Shown here piece by piece: positions 7,927 through 17,255 of a stretch of 43,249 nucleotides of DNA (the first letter of the stretch is position 1; each line of letters begins with the position of its first letter). The notes under the pieces were generated by a model, which was given only the letters and a program-made list of their open reading frames with translations, was not told where the DNA came from and did no database searches. The stretch covers positions 1-43,249 of the forward strand of contig JBJONI010000357.1 in NCBI GenBank assembly GCA_046051915.1, written 5' to 3'. A program made the position numbers and the translations under genes. Source of the stretch: Pseudomonadota bacterium. Its GTDB lineage: Bacteria > Myxococcota_A > UBA796 > GCA-2862545.

Positions 7927-8104
7927 CCACACGCGGGTCTTCCCGCGCTGCGTCCCAAGGCGACCTCGGCCGCCCCGTCTCGCATCCGTAGCCCTCGGGC
8001 TGCACCCCACCGGCTGACCGGTTCGTCGAGGGAATGTTCCCTCGCCCGACCCCAGCAGGACCGAAGCTCCCGTCTCGGCGGGGCCTGCTTCCCTGGAGTT
8101 TCTT

Positions 8105-8722
8105 ATGGCTCGCTACCGCGGCCCCAGCGTCAAGGTCTGTCGCTCCCTCGGCGTCGTCCTTCCCGGCCTGACCACCGTCCCCACCCTCGCGCGTCCCTAC
8201 CGTCCCGGTGAGCACGGCGCCGAGCGCGCGTCCAAGCCCTCCGACTTCAAGATCCGCTTGGTCGAGAAGCAGAAGGCCCGCTACCACTTCGGTCTGCTCG
8301 AGAAGCAGTTCCAGCGCTACGTCCGTGAGGCTTCGCGCCTCAAGGGTCCGTCGGGCACCAACCTGATCCAGCTGCTCGAGTCCCGCCTCGACAACCTCGT
8401 CTGGCGCCTCGGTCTGGCCCGCACGATCCAGGCGGCCCGCCAAGTCGTCGTGCACGGCCACGTCAAGGTCGACGGCAAGCGCGTCGACCGCCCCAGCTTC
8501 CACGTCAAGCCGGGCCAACAGATCTCGCTCCGCGAGAAGAGCAAGGCCAAGGCTTCGTTCCAAGCGGCGATCGAGGACGGCATGACCCGCGGCCGTCCGT
8601 CCTGGCTCGACTGGGATCCCGGCAAGGCGGAGGGCAAGCTCCTCACGCTGCCCGAGCGCGCCGACCTGCCCTTCGAGCTGAACGAGAACGCGATCATCGA
8701 GTTCTACAGCCAGAAGCTCTGA
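8105..8722 (+). CDS. rpsD: 30S ribosomal protein S4
   Basis: The sequence [16 protein letters not shown]...YRPGEHG....[29 protein letters not shown]...[48 protein letters not shown] shows the S4 N-terminal and S4 RNA-binding domains. Confidence 0.95.
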   Translation: MARYRGPSVKVCRSLGVVLPGLTTVPTLARPYRPGEHGAERASKPSDFKIRLVEKQKARYHFGLLEKQFQRYVREASRLKGPSGTNLIQLLESRLDNLVWRLGLARTIQAARQVVVHGHVKVDGKRVDRPSFHVKPGQQISLREKSKAKASFQAAIEDGMTRGRPSWLDWDPGKAEGKLLTLPERADLPFELNENAIIEFYSQKL

Positions 8723-8740
8723 TCGGCGTCGCGTCGTTCT

Positions 8741-8783
8741 CGCGCCCGGCCCCCGCAAGGGACGCCGGGCGCGTCTGCTTTTG
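8741..8783 (+). terminator. Rho-independent terminator after rpsD
   Basis: The stem cgcgcccggc (8741-8750) pairs with gccgggcgcg (8764-8773) and is followed by tctgcttttg. Confidence 0.6.
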
Positions 8784-8803
8784 CGCGAGGTCGGGGCAGG
8801 GCC

Positions 8804-9640
8804 TCAGGGGGAGGCGCCCACCACGCCGAGGGGGAGTGGCCCCAAGGCCTGGTGCACGCTGCGTACAAGCGCAGCACGGTCCAACGCCAACACAGCCCCC
8901 AAGTAGTCGAGGGACACCCCCTCCATCGGGCCTGGCAGCGGGGCCGACGCCACCCAGCCCTGCTGGACGTCGTAGCCCCCCTCCTGCCATCGCAGCTTGA
9001 TCGCTGGCCACATCGGCCCCACCGAGAGCATGGCCTCGCGCGTCGCGCTGTCGGCATCCTCGAACGAGGAGACCACGGCGCGGTAAGCGGACACCCGGTC
9101 GGCGATCGACAGTTTGAGCGGCGTGCCCCCTTGCACTTCTCGACACAGGCTCGCGAGCCGGATCCAGCCCTCGACGTCCATCTCCGTCAGGTGCAGGCCG
9201 CCCGACGACGCCCAGATCGCCAAAGCATCGGCGATCGGCGCCCGTACGGAGGCGCCGAGATCGCCGCCAAACGGGCCTCGATCGCCGTGGACCAGATCAT
9301 CCACCGCGGCCATCCGCGCCGCTGCCGCTTCGGGGCCACGCAGGGTGCCGAGCCGGTGGTGGACCGCCGCAGCGGCCGCCAGCTCAGCCTCGACGGCCGA
9401 AGGGTCGGCTTCGGACCATGCCGCGAGCGCGAGCCGCAGCGAGCGGGCCTGCGCTGCCGTCAGGGGCCGCGCCGCGAGCTGCTCCGCGAAAGCCACCGCC
9501 GGCCGCGTCGCCGCACAGGCCAGCGACGACGTCGGCGTGACCGTACCCACGTCGGCGGGACAAACGGGTGCGTCGCCGCACGCCGTCCCCCCGAGGCTGA
9601 CGGCAACAGCGACCACGGCGCGCCGCGTCACGCCGATCAC
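8804..9640 (-). CDS. Hypothetical exported protein (possible lipoprotein)
   Basis: This is the in-frame part of ORF 8804..9769. GTG 9640 overlaps the TGA of the upstream gene (GTGA). The N-terminus VIGVTRRAVVAVAVSLGGTACGD looks like a signal peptide. I recognise no family. Confidence 0.5.
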   Translation of the reverse strand: MIGVTRRAVVAVAVSLGGTACGDAPVCPADVGTVTPTSSLACAATRPAVAFAEQLAARPLTAAQARSLRLALAAWSEADPSAVEAELAAAAAVHHRLGTLRGPEAAAARMAAVDDLVHGDRGPFGGDLGASVRAPIADALAIWASSGGLHLTEMDVEGWIRLASLCREVQGGTPLKLSIADRVSAYRAVVSSFEDADSATREAMLSVGPMWPAIKLRWQEGGYDVQQGWVASAPLPGPMEGVSLDYLGAVLALDRAALVRSVHQALGPLPLGVVGASP

Positions 9641-10122
9641 GACACCCCGGAGCCGAGCCGCCAGTACGGACTCCCCTTGAGCTGTCCCTTGATCTGCTCG
9701 ATCTCCGCCGCCTGAAGCTCGCCCATCACGGGCTGCCCCGTCTGCGGGTGGACCTGCTGCAGGAACCAACGCGTCTTCGTCTTGCGGTCCCGGAAGATCA
9801 CCGTGCCATAGGGGTCGGCATAGATGTCTTCCAGATCGCTCATGCGAAGCCGTCCATCCTTGGGGGCTTCGGGCTCAGGGGCCGGCGCGGCGGCGGCGAC
9901 AGGCGGCGGCTTCAGCGCCTCGATCACCTCCTCCACCTCCCAGCGAACCTCAAGCGCCAAGCCCTTCTTCAGGCCCTCCAGGTGGCGGCGGAGCGAATCC
10001 CCGTTGCGGGGCTCGGCCCAAGCCAGCAGCTCCGCCTTGATCGCGTCGCGCTCCTTCCAGTCAGCGGACGCGAGGCGCGCGACGATGGCGTCGGCCTCGG
10101 CGAACGGCGAATCGGACATCAT
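9637..10122 (-). CDS. Hypothetical protein (161 aa)
   Basis: This is the C-terminal part of ORF 9637..10461, starting at MMSDSPFAEADAIVARLASADWKERDAIKAELL. GGAGG lies upstream and third-codon positions are GC-rich. The upstream 113 codons are Arg/Gly-rich junk. I recognise no family. Confidence 0.5.
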   Translation of the reverse strand: MMSDSPFAEADAIVARLASADWKERDAIKAELLAWAEPRNGDSLRRHLEGLKKGLALEVRWEVEEVIEALKPPPVAAAAPAPEPEAPKDGRLRMSDLEDIYADPYGTVIFRDRKTKTRWFLQQVHPQTGQPVMGELQAAEIEQIKGQLKGSPYWRLGSGVS

Positions 10123-10214
10123 GCCTCCGTGACGCCCTATGGCGCCCAACGTCGGCTTCGGCAAGCCCTGTGGGCCCTCACGGGTTCCTGCGATACGAGC
10201 CTGACGGAGGTCGC

Positions 10215-11366
10215 ATGCGCCGTCCGAACCTAGCCATGGCCTCGGTGGCCGCTGCCCTGATCGGGCTGGCGGCGACGGCCCCGTCGTCTGCGGCACGCGA
10301 GCGCCCCGGCGCCCCCACCCTCGCCGACCGCGCCGCGAAGCTCCCGTGGTGGCAAACGCCGCTCCTCCCCAACCCCGACCGAGCGAGCTACGCACCCGAA
10401 GCCGCGCCAGCGCGGGATCCCTTGGTCGGCGCCTTGCTCGGGGACCGCACGCCCGACGCACGCCTCGAAGCCGCCGCCGCCGCCCTCGCGCTGATCGCGG
10501 TCGAAGGGAAGGGGGGACTCGCGCGCTGGGAGCTTCGCGAGGCCGCGTGGCGCGCCGGCTGGCCCTACCCGATCACGGCCGCCCAAGGATGGGGGACCCC
10601 GGAGGGCGCGACGCCACCACCGGACCTGTTCACGTGGATCGAGGGCCTACAACCCGGCCAGACCTTCGGCATCGCCCGCGCGCGCGGACCGCTCGGCGAC
10701 GCGTGGGTCGGGTTGCTTGGCGCGCCTTCGGTGACCCTCGGGCCGGTCCCACGCACCGCGCCGCTCGGCACGCTGCTCACGCTCCCGGCGATCCCTGGGG
10801 CGACCTTGCGCCTCGCCGATGGACGCGGCGGTCTGCGCGAAGACGATCTCGCGGACGGGGCGACCGTCCCCTTGGTCCTCGCCGGTGAATGGATCGCCCG
10901 GATCGAGGTGGCCGGTGCGTCCGTCGCCCACTTCCCGATCTATGCCGGCATCCCCTCGCCCCAGGTCCCGCTGCTGCGCGTCGACGCGGCGACCGCAGCG
11001 GTGACCACGTCGGAGGAGGTCGACGCCCACGCGCGCGCGCTCCTGCATGAGGTGCGGACCCGCTACGTCCTCCCGCCGTGGGGCACCGACCCGTTGCTCG
11101 ATGCCGCTGCCCGGGCGCTCGCGCAAGACCCCGACCGCGCCGCAGGTCCCGTCTTGGAGCGCATGGGCGCCGCACCCGGCCGCGGCGTCGCGTGGCGCTG
11201 TGACGACCTGACCGTGGAGGACTGCCTCGACCGCTGGGTGTGGAACCCGGCCGGGCGTGCGGCCCTGCTCGACCCGCAGTTGGATCGGCTCGGCCTCGAC
11301 GCACGCCTCGATGCCGCAGGGGTCCACCTCGTGCTGACCCTCGCGCCGTCGGCCACGGCGCCGTGA
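10215..11366 (+). CDS. Secreted hypothetical protein, C-terminal part weakly CAP/SCP(YkwD)-like
   Basis: ATG 10215 follows ACGGAGG. The signal peptide is MRRPNLAMASVAAALIGLAATAPSSAA. The C-terminal segment ...CLDRWVWNPAGRAALLDPQLDRLGLD... resembles the W..SpgHr.nll.p motif of CAP domains, but the match is weak. Confidence 0.55.
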   Translation: MRRPNLAMASVAAALIGLAATAPSSAARERPGAPTLADRAAKLPWWQTPLLPNPDRASYAPEAAPARDPLVGALLGDRTPDARLEAAAAALALIAVEGKGGLARWELREAAWRAGWPYPITAAQGWGTPEGATPPPDLFTWIEGLQPGQTFGIARARGPLGDAWVGLLGAPSVTLGPVPRTAPLGTLLTLPAIPGATLRLADGRGGLREDDLADGATVPLVLAGEWIARIEVAGASVAHFPIYAGIPSPQVPLLRVDAATAAVTTSEEVDAHARALLHEVRTRYVLPPWGTDPLLDAAARALAQDPDRAAGPVLERMGAAPGRGVAWRCDDLTVEDCLDRWVWNPAGRAALLDPQLDRLGLDARLDAAGVHLVLTLAPSATAP

Positions 11367-11761
11367 GGCTGCTGCCCACGCGGGCGGAGTGGCTCTCGGG
11401 CGCCGTGTTCCTCGGAATCGCGGCGCTCTGGGTCGGGCCGCGCATCTACCGGGTGATCGACCGTACCCGTCGCTCTGAGGCGGCGTTCGTCTTGGAGTCT
11501 CTCCAGGCCGCGGCGCTGAAGGGGAGGCTGAGTCCCTTCGACGGCGCCCCGCGCAGCGCGGAGGAGGTCGACGCACGCGCCGTCCCCTGGGCAGGCGTCG
11601 GGGACTGGCGTCCACCGGTCGATGCGGTCCGCTGCAGCTACAGCCACGTGGGCGGCGTCTTGACGGCGACGTGCGACGTCGACGGGGATGGTCGCCGCGC
11701 GACCTACCGGGGTCCCGTGGGCGGCGTGTTGCGTCGCACAACGCCAGACGACGTGTTCTGA
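11363..11761 (+). CDS. Hypothetical membrane-anchored protein with a pilin-like N-terminal helix
   Basis: GTG 11363 overlaps the TGA of the upstream gene (GTGA). The N-terminus VRLLPTRAEWLSGAVFLGIAALWVGPRIYRVIDRTRRSEAAFVLESLQAA is a hydrophobic helix followed by an R..SEA...L motif, as in type IV pilins/pseudopilins. The canonical G/FTLxE cleavage site is missing. Confidence 0.45.
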   Translation: MRLLPTRAEWLSGAVFLGIAALWVGPRIYRVIDRTRRSEAAFVLESLQAAALKGRLSPFDGAPRSAEEVDARAVPWAGVGDWRPPVDAVRCSYSHVGGVLTATCDVDGDGRRATYRGPVGGVLRRTTPDDVF

Positions 11762-11783
11762 GCGCCCAGAGAGAGGTCCCGTC

Positions 11784-12281
11784 ATGCAGCTCGCGATCGG
11801 ACTCGGCGCCAGCCTTGGGGACCGCCTCGCGACCCTGGAGCGAACGCTACACCGGCTCCACGCCGCACCGGGGTGGCGTCTGCTGCGCGCCAGCCGTTGG
11901 TACCGGTCGCCTCCAATGGCCGGCGGCACCGCTTCGGGCTGGTTCCTCAACGGGGTCGGCTTGTTCGACGTGCAGGAGTCTCCCGAGCAGGCCTTGGCAC
12001 GCTGCCGCCAGCTCGAAGCCGAAGCCGGCCGTCGGCGCGACCGCCATTGGGCCGACCGACCGCTCGACCTCGATCTGCTGTGGTGGCAAGGCGGCGCGGT
12101 GGCGTCCGAATCCCTCGCGCTGCCCCACCCCGGCGTGGCGCACCGGGCGTTCGTCTACTGGCCGATGTGCGAGGTACTACCTGAACCGGATGCCGCTTGG
12201 CGCGCAGGGTGCGACCGCGTTCCCCCGCGCCACGCCGCGTGGCCCGTCGCCGCGTTTGCATGGTCGGGCCCTATCCCATAA
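11784..12281 (+). CDS. folK: 2-amino-4-hydroxy-6-hydroxymethyldihydropteridine pyrophosphokinase (HPPK)
   Basis: [25 protein letters not shown]......[15 protein letters not shown]....WFLNGVGLF.......[30 protein letters not shown]......[23 protein letters not shown] follows the HPPK pattern (SxxYxTxP, RxxRWGPRxxDLDxL, LxxPHP...RxFVL.P). Confidence 0.85.
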   Translation: MQLAIGLGASLGDRLATLERTLHRLHAAPGWRLLRASRWYRSPPMAGGTASGWFLNGVGLFDVQESPEQALARCRQLEAEAGRRRDRHWADRPLDLDLLWWQGGAVASESLALPHPGVAHRAFVYWPMCEVLPEPDAAWRAGCDRVPPRHAAWPVAAFAWSGPIP

Positions 12282-12304
12282 GGCCCGCCGTCCGGAGGGT
12301 CCCG

Positions 12305-12997
12305 ATGAAGCTCTTCCTCGACAGCGCCAACCTCGCCCACATCCGAGAGATCCACGCGATGGGCGTCCTCGCGGGCGTCACCACCAACCCGTCGCTGATC
12401 GCGAAGGAAGGCCGCGATTTCATCGAGACGATCGCCGAGATCTGCGACCTCGTCCAAGGCCCGACCTCCGCCGAAGTCATCGCGCAAGACGTGGATGGCA
12501 TGGTTCGTGAAGGCGAGCTGCTCGCCAAGATCTCGGAGCACGTCGTCGTCAAGGTGCCGCTGACCGCGCCGGGCTTGGCGGCCACGCGACGCCTGTCCGA
12601 CAAGGGCATCAAGACGAACGTCACGCTGTGTTTCCAATCGGCCCAAGCGCTGCTCGCCGCGCGGGCCGGCGCGACCTACATCTCGCCGTTCGTCGGCCGC
12701 CTCGATGACGTGGGCCAGGACGGCATCGCCTTGATCCGTGAGATCGCCGACATCTTCACCACCGCCGGCGACATCGAGACCCAGGTGTTGTCCGCCTCGA
12801 TCCGCCACCCGCAGCACGTCGTCCAGTCCGCGCTGGCGGGCGCGCACGTCGCCACCATCCCCTACGACGTGTTCACCAAGCTCGCGAAGCACCCGCAGAC
12901 CGACAGCGGAAACAAGAAGTTCCTCGAGGACTGGTCCACGGTCCCCAACCCCGACATCATCGGGCGCGTTCAGGCGTTCCTCGCCGCCCGCGGCTGA
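12305..12997 (+). CDS. tal: Transaldolase / fructose-6-phosphate aldolase (short TalC/Fsa type)
   Basis: [39 protein letters not shown]......[11 protein letters not shown]...L...[35 protein letters not shown] matches the family over its full length, including the Schiff-base Lys in VKVP. Confidence 0.9.
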   Translation: MKLFLDSANLAHIREIHAMGVLAGVTTNPSLIAKEGRDFIETIAEICDLVQGPTSAEVIAQDVDGMVREGELLAKISEHVVVKVPLTAPGLAATRRLSDKGIKTNVTLCFQSAQALLAARAGATYISPFVGRLDDVGQDGIALIREIADIFTTAGDIETQVLSASIRHPQHVVQSALAGAHVATIPYDVFTKLAKHPQTDSGNKKFLEDWSTVPNPDIIGRVQAFLAARG

Positions 12998-13047
12998 CAT
13001 CTCGTCCCTGGCCCGCTTCGGGCCGCACCCTCGTTGAGGAGGTTCCC

Positions 13048-13836
13048 TTGAACATCGCCGTGTGCGCCAAGACCGCGCCCGACACCGCGACCCCGATCCG
13101 CACCAAGGCGGACGGCAGCGGCATCGAGACCGCGGGCGTCAAGTTCGTCGTCAGTGCCTACGACGCCTTCGCCATCGAGGAGGCTGTCCAGCTCAAGGAG
13201 AAGGGTGCGGCCAGCAAGGTCCACGTGTTCTCCGTCGGTGACGACGAAGCGATCAACCAACTCCGCAGCGGCGCGCTCGCCGTCGGGGCCGACGACCTCA
13301 CGGTCTGTCAAGACGCCGCGGCACAAGGGGCCGACAGCCTGGGCACGGCGCGGGTCCTCGCCGCGATGATCCAGGCGACGCCCGACATCGGCCTCGTGCT
13401 TCTGGGCAACAAGGCCACCGACTTCGACAGCAGCGCCGTCCCATCGATGCTCGCGGAGCTCCTCGGCTGGCCCGCCGTCACGATGGTCACCGCGTTTTCG
13501 ATCGACGGCGGCACCTTCAAGGCGACCCGCAACGTCGGCGGCGGCGTCTCGGAGATCGTGACGGGCGCGCTGCCGGCCGTGATTTCGGCCGACAAGGGGC
13601 TCAACGCCCCGCGCCTCGCCAAGTTGCCCGACATCGTGAAGAGCAAGACGAAGCCCGTTCACAAGAAGGCGCTCGGCGACCTCGGCCTCAGCGCCGACGA
13701 CATCGCCCCCCGCGCGATCACGTCCAGCTTCAGCCCTCCGCCCCCGCGTCCGAAGGGCCGCATCCTCGCGGGCGACATCGACACCCAGGTCGCCGAGCTC
13801 GTCCGCCTGCTGCGCGACGAAGCCAAGGTCCTCTGA
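13048..13836 (+). CDS. etfB: Electron transfer flavoprotein, beta subunit
   Basis: The sequence MNIAVCAKTAPDTATPIRTKADGSGIETAGVKFVVSAYDAFAIEEAVQLKEKG....V.VFSVG...A...LR.ALA.GAD is typical of the family. The start is TTG, preceded by GAGGAGG. Confidence 0.9.
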   Translation: MNIAVCAKTAPDTATPIRTKADGSGIETAGVKFVVSAYDAFAIEEAVQLKEKGAASKVHVFSVGDDEAINQLRSGALAVGADDLTVCQDAAAQGADSLGTARVLAAMIQATPDIGLVLLGNKATDFDSSAVPSMLAELLGWPAVTMVTAFSIDGGTFKATRNVGGGVSEIVTGALPAVISADKGLNAPRLAKLPDIVKSKTKPVHKKALGDLGLSADDIAPRAITSSFSPPPPRPKGRILAGDIDTQVAELVRLLRDEAKVL

Positions 13837-13854
13837 GCACCGAAAGGAGACCCC

Positions 13855-14802
13855 ATGTCCATTCTCGTCCTGTGTGAGCAAGAGGGCGGCGTCTTCAAGA
13901 AGACGGCCGCAGAGCTGTTGGGCTTGGCCGCCTCGCTGTCGGCCGGCCCCGTCGCGGCCGCCGTCCTCGGCGGTGGCGATGCCGCCAGCCTCGGAGCGTT
14001 CGGCGCCACCACCGCGTACGTCGTCGCGGGCGACTTTGGCGCGTACGATGGCGACGCCGTCACCGGCGCGCTCGCTGCGATCGTCGCCACGGCCAACCCG
14101 ACGTTGATCCTCGCACCAGCGTCCTACGCCGGCCGTGATGCGCTCCCGCGTCTCGCCGCGCGCCTCGGCGCCGGCCTCGCGGCGGACTGCACCGGCCTGA
14201 CCTCCTCGGGCGGCGCGTTCGTCGCGAAGCGTCCGGTGTACGCCGGCAAGGCGCTCGTCGACGTCCGGTTCGCCAAGGGCCCCGCGATCGTCACGGTGCG
14301 CGCGAACAGCTTCCCGCAGCCCGCCGCGACCGGCGCGGCGGCGACCGTCACGTCGGTGCCGTACGCAGCGCCCGCACCGCGGGTCACGGTCAGCGAACGC
14401 CTGACGCCGAGCACGGCCGTGGTCGATCTGACCGAAGCCGACCGCATCGTGACCGGCGGGCGAAGCCTCGGCAGCAAGGAGAAGTTCGACGAGGTGGTTC
14501 GCCCCCTCGCGGCCGCCCTGAAGGCGACCCCAGGCGCGAGCCGAGCCGCCGTCGATGCCGGTTTCGCAGGCCACGGCGATCAAGTGGGGCAGACCGGCAA
14601 GGTCGTCAACCCCACGCTCTACCTCGCGCTCGGCGTCTCCGGGGCGATCCAGCACCTCGCCGGCATGCGGACGAGCAAGGTGATCGTCGCGGTCAACAAG
14701 GACGCCGCCGCGCCGATCTTTGAGCACGCGGCCTACGGCATCGTCGGCGACCTGTTCGAGGTCGCGCCGAAGCTACAGAAGGCGATCGCCGCGCTGGACT
14801 GA
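13855..14802 (+). CDS. etfA: Electron transfer flavoprotein, alpha subunit
   Basis: The N-terminus is MSILVLCEQEGGVFKKTAAELLG. The C-terminal FAD motif reads RAAVDAGFAGHGDQVGQTGKVVNPTLYLALGVSGAIQHLAGMRTSKVIVAVNKDAAAPIF. AAAGGAGA lies upstream. Confidence 0.9.
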   Translation: MSILVLCEQEGGVFKKTAAELLGLAASLSAGPVAAAVLGGGDAASLGAFGATTAYVVAGDFGAYDGDAVTGALAAIVATANPTLILAPASYAGRDALPRLAARLGAGLAADCTGLTSSGGAFVAKRPVYAGKALVDVRFAKGPAIVTVRANSFPQPAATGAAATVTSVPYAAPAPRVTVSERLTPSTAVVDLTEADRIVTGGRSLGSKEKFDEVVRPLAAALKATPGASRAAVDAGFAGHGDQVGQTGKVVNPTLYLALGVSGAIQHLAGMRTSKVIVAVNKDAAAPIFEHAAYGIVGDLFEVAPKLQKAIAALD

Positions 14803-14894
14803 TCGTGACCTGTCGCCGACGGGGGCGGCCCCCTCGCCGGCGACCACCTCGACCCAACGTATGCGGGCGCCGCGGTCTGGGTTACGCGCGCAGC

Positions 14895-16136
14895 ATGACG
14901 CACGATGCCGGAAGCCTGTGGGACCCCGATCGCCTCGATCGCGCCGCTGCGGCGCTCGTCGCGCGTGGCGCATGGCGTCCCGCGGTCGCGCTGGTGGAGC
15001 GTTTCGCCCGCGAGGCGACGCCGCGGCCCAGCACGTGGTTGCACGAAGCGATCGCGTTCTACCACCTCGGCCTGATGGACCGCTGCGCCTCTCGCCTGCA
15101 ACAAGCCGTCGGCGACGGCGTCGACGCCCAAGCCCATGCGCATTGGACGGCCCGGATGCTGCTCGCGCGGGGATGGCGAGGGCGGGCGGCCCAAGGGCTC
15201 GACGCGTGGCTGCACCTGCACCCCGACGACGAGGAAGCAAGGTCGCTTCGCGCGCGCGCCGAAGAGCCCGCAGCCCGAGCGCCCCAGTCCGACCCGCCAG
15301 CGGGTAGCACGCCCGACGAGCTGTTGGATGCCGCGCGCCAGTGCCTCCACGCCGGCGCGTTCCTGCGCGGACGCCGGTTGTTGGAACGCGCCCTCGCGCA
15401 CGCCGAGAGCAGCGCCGCCGGGGGGCCAGAACGGGACGCGCGCGCGCTCGACCTGATGTGGGCGCTCGACACCGATCTCGCGCGACCGGGTAGCCCCGCG
15501 CAGGCCCTCCTCGACGCCGAAGCCTGGATCGCCCTCGACGGTCAGCGGGGCCCGCTCTGGCCGCACGGCGAAGTGGCCGCCGCGCCCACCGCCCAACGCC
15601 TCGCGCCGCCCGTCGTTTTCCCTGAGCTGTTCGACGAGGATGACGACGGCGACCCCAACACCGCCCCCACCTCGGACACGGAGCCAACCGTCCCGAACGG
15701 CGGCGTCCCCGCCCCGGTTCCGAGTCCCTTCGTCGAAGAGACCCGGATCCAGACGGTGCACGTGACCCGCGCCGAGGTCGAAGCCGACGCCGCGACGCCA
15801 CCGGTCGCTGTCGCCGTCGTCGACTGGGAGGACGAGGCGGTTGTCGCGCTGCGTACCGACGCCCTCGACGCCCCGCCGCCAACCGTCGTCAAGCCCTCCG
15901 ATGCGGACTTGCTGGTCCTTGCTGCGTCGCCACCGAGCGCGGCCGCCTCCGTCGCAACGACGCCGTCCTCCCCGTCCCCCGGCGCGGACGACGATCGACC
16001 GGACGCAGCGCCGTCCAACATCGGCTCCCCCGACGTCGGGCCCGGGGCCTCTGCCCCGCTCAGCCGAGCGGTCACCGTCGCAGCCCTCGTCATCGGGCTG
16101 CTGCTCCTCGCCGTCTCTTTCTTCGTCGCCCCCTGA
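14895..16136 (+). CDS. Hypothetical protein: helical (TPR-like) N-terminal half, acidic/Pro-rich linker, C-terminal TM anchor
   Basis: This is the in-frame part of ORF 14805..16136 from MTHDAGSLWDPDRLD. The C-terminus SRAVTVAALVIGLLLLAVSFFVAP is a TM helix. Third-codon positions are GC-rich. I recognise no family. Confidence 0.5.
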   Translation: MTHDAGSLWDPDRLDRAAAALVARGAWRPAVALVERFAREATPRPSTWLHEAIAFYHLGLMDRCASRLQQAVGDGVDAQAHAHWTARMLLARGWRGRAAQGLDAWLHLHPDDEEARSLRARAEEPAARAPQSDPPAGSTPDELLDAARQCLHAGAFLRGRRLLERALAHAESSAAGGPERDARALDLMWALDTDLARPGSPAQALLDAEAWIALDGQRGPLWPHGEVAAAPTAQRLAPPVVFPELFDEDDDGDPNTAPTSDTEPTVPNGGVPAPVPSPFVEETRIQTVHVTRAEVEADAATPPVAVAVVDWEDEAVVALRTDALDAPPPTVVKPSDADLLVLAASPPSAAASVATTPSSPSPGADDDRPDAAPSNIGSPDVGPGASAPLSRAVTVAALVIGLLLLAVSFFVAP

Positions 16137-16348
16137 GCGAAGGCCACACGACGGGGCCGAGCGGCCGGGGCCCTCCCGCAACGACGAAGCGCGGGCGCCA
16201 GCGTCCTTCACGCGACGCACCTGCAACGACGTCTTGCGGCTGACTCCCCCCGAAAAGCCGGGCGCCCGGGTGGCGAAACACGCAACGATCGTGTACCATG
16301 CGCGTGCCCAATGCCTTTCACCATGGCCCTTCCGGGCAAGGAGACCCC

Positions 16349-17167
16349 ATGAACACCTGGCGTAGCCTCGCGCTCGTTGCCCTTGCCCTGGCGGCCTGCG
16401 GCAAGACCTCGGACACCGACACCACCGACACCGCGACGGGTGACTCGGACAGCAGCGCCGACACCACGCCGGCCGGCACCGACACCGGCGACTCCTCGGT
16501 GGGTGGCGGCCTCGTCAGCATCGACGCGATCGCGATCTCGGCCGAGTTCGGCTACGACGCCGCCACGGTGAGCGCTGTCCCGGCCTCCTTCGACGGCACG
16601 CCCCTCAACCCCACGATCACGTTCCGTCTCGGCGAGGCGGGCTACTTCACCCAAGGTGACGAGGATCTCGGCTGCGCCGTCTTCGCGACCTCGTCGGGTG
16701 GCGGCACGATCGCCGCGTTCGCGACCGAGGCCGGCATCGCGTTCGGTTTCGAGGTCCCGGGTCCGTTCACGATCGACGCCTCGGGTTGCGAGGGCATCGC
16801 CGACACCGCCGAGGCCGAGGCCATCGTCGGTGAGTTGACGGCCGACGGCTTCCTGTGGGGCCTCGGCGTCCAAGAGGACCTCGGCGCCGACGCCGAGGAC
16901 GCCATCACCGGCGCGGGCGTCGACCTCGACGGCTTCATCGGCGGCGGCTTCGCCGGTTCTTGGGTCGACCCTGAGGCGGCCACGATCACCGCGGCCACCT
17001 ACGCCCCCGACGGCGGTTACGTCAACGGCCTCGAGTTCGACGGCACCAACGTCGTCCTCAACGCCGGCCAGGCCACCCAGCTCACCACGGCCGACATGAT
17101 CGTCGGTGGCGAGCTCCAGACCGGCTACTACATCATCTCCGAGGTCTACTACTACACCTTCCAATGA
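16349..17167 (+). CDS. Hypothetical lipoprotein with an acidic Thr/Asp/Ser-rich linker
   Basis: ATG 16349 follows AAGGAGA. The lipobox is MNTWRSLALVALALAACGKTSDTDTTDTATGDSDSS. Confidence 0.7.
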   Translation: MNTWRSLALVALALAACGKTSDTDTTDTATGDSDSSADTTPAGTDTGDSSVGGGLVSIDAIAISAEFGYDAATVSAVPASFDGTPLNPTITFRLGEAGYFTQGDEDLGCAVFATSSGGGTIAAFATEAGIAFGFEVPGPFTIDASGCEGIADTAEAEAIVGELTADGFLWGLGVQEDLGADAEDAITGAGVDLDGFIGGGFAGSWVDPEAATITAATYAPDGGYVNGLEFDGTNVVLNAGQATQLTTADMIVGGELQTGYYIISEVYYYTFQ

Positions 17168-17202
17168 GGTGTCGTAGGCCTTCGTTCGCGAGGGCATGAC
17201 GA

Positions 17203-17240
17203 CGCGCCGGGTGGTTCGCCATCCGGCGCGCTTGTTTTTG
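17203..17240 (+). terminator. Rho-independent terminator
   Basis: A 12-bp stem pairs cgcgccgggtgg with ccatccggcgcg around a TTCG tetraloop (17203-17230). It is followed by cttgtttttg. Confidence 0.65.
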
Positions 17241-17255
17241 GGGTCAGGCGCGGAC

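Noticed and set aside
12970-16226. Minus-strand ORFs 12970..14727 (585 aa), 14733..16226 (497 aa) and 14773..15882 (369 aa)
   Set aside because: They are antisense to etfB, etfA and the downstream hypothetical gene. They are Arg/Gly/Asp-rich with no motifs.
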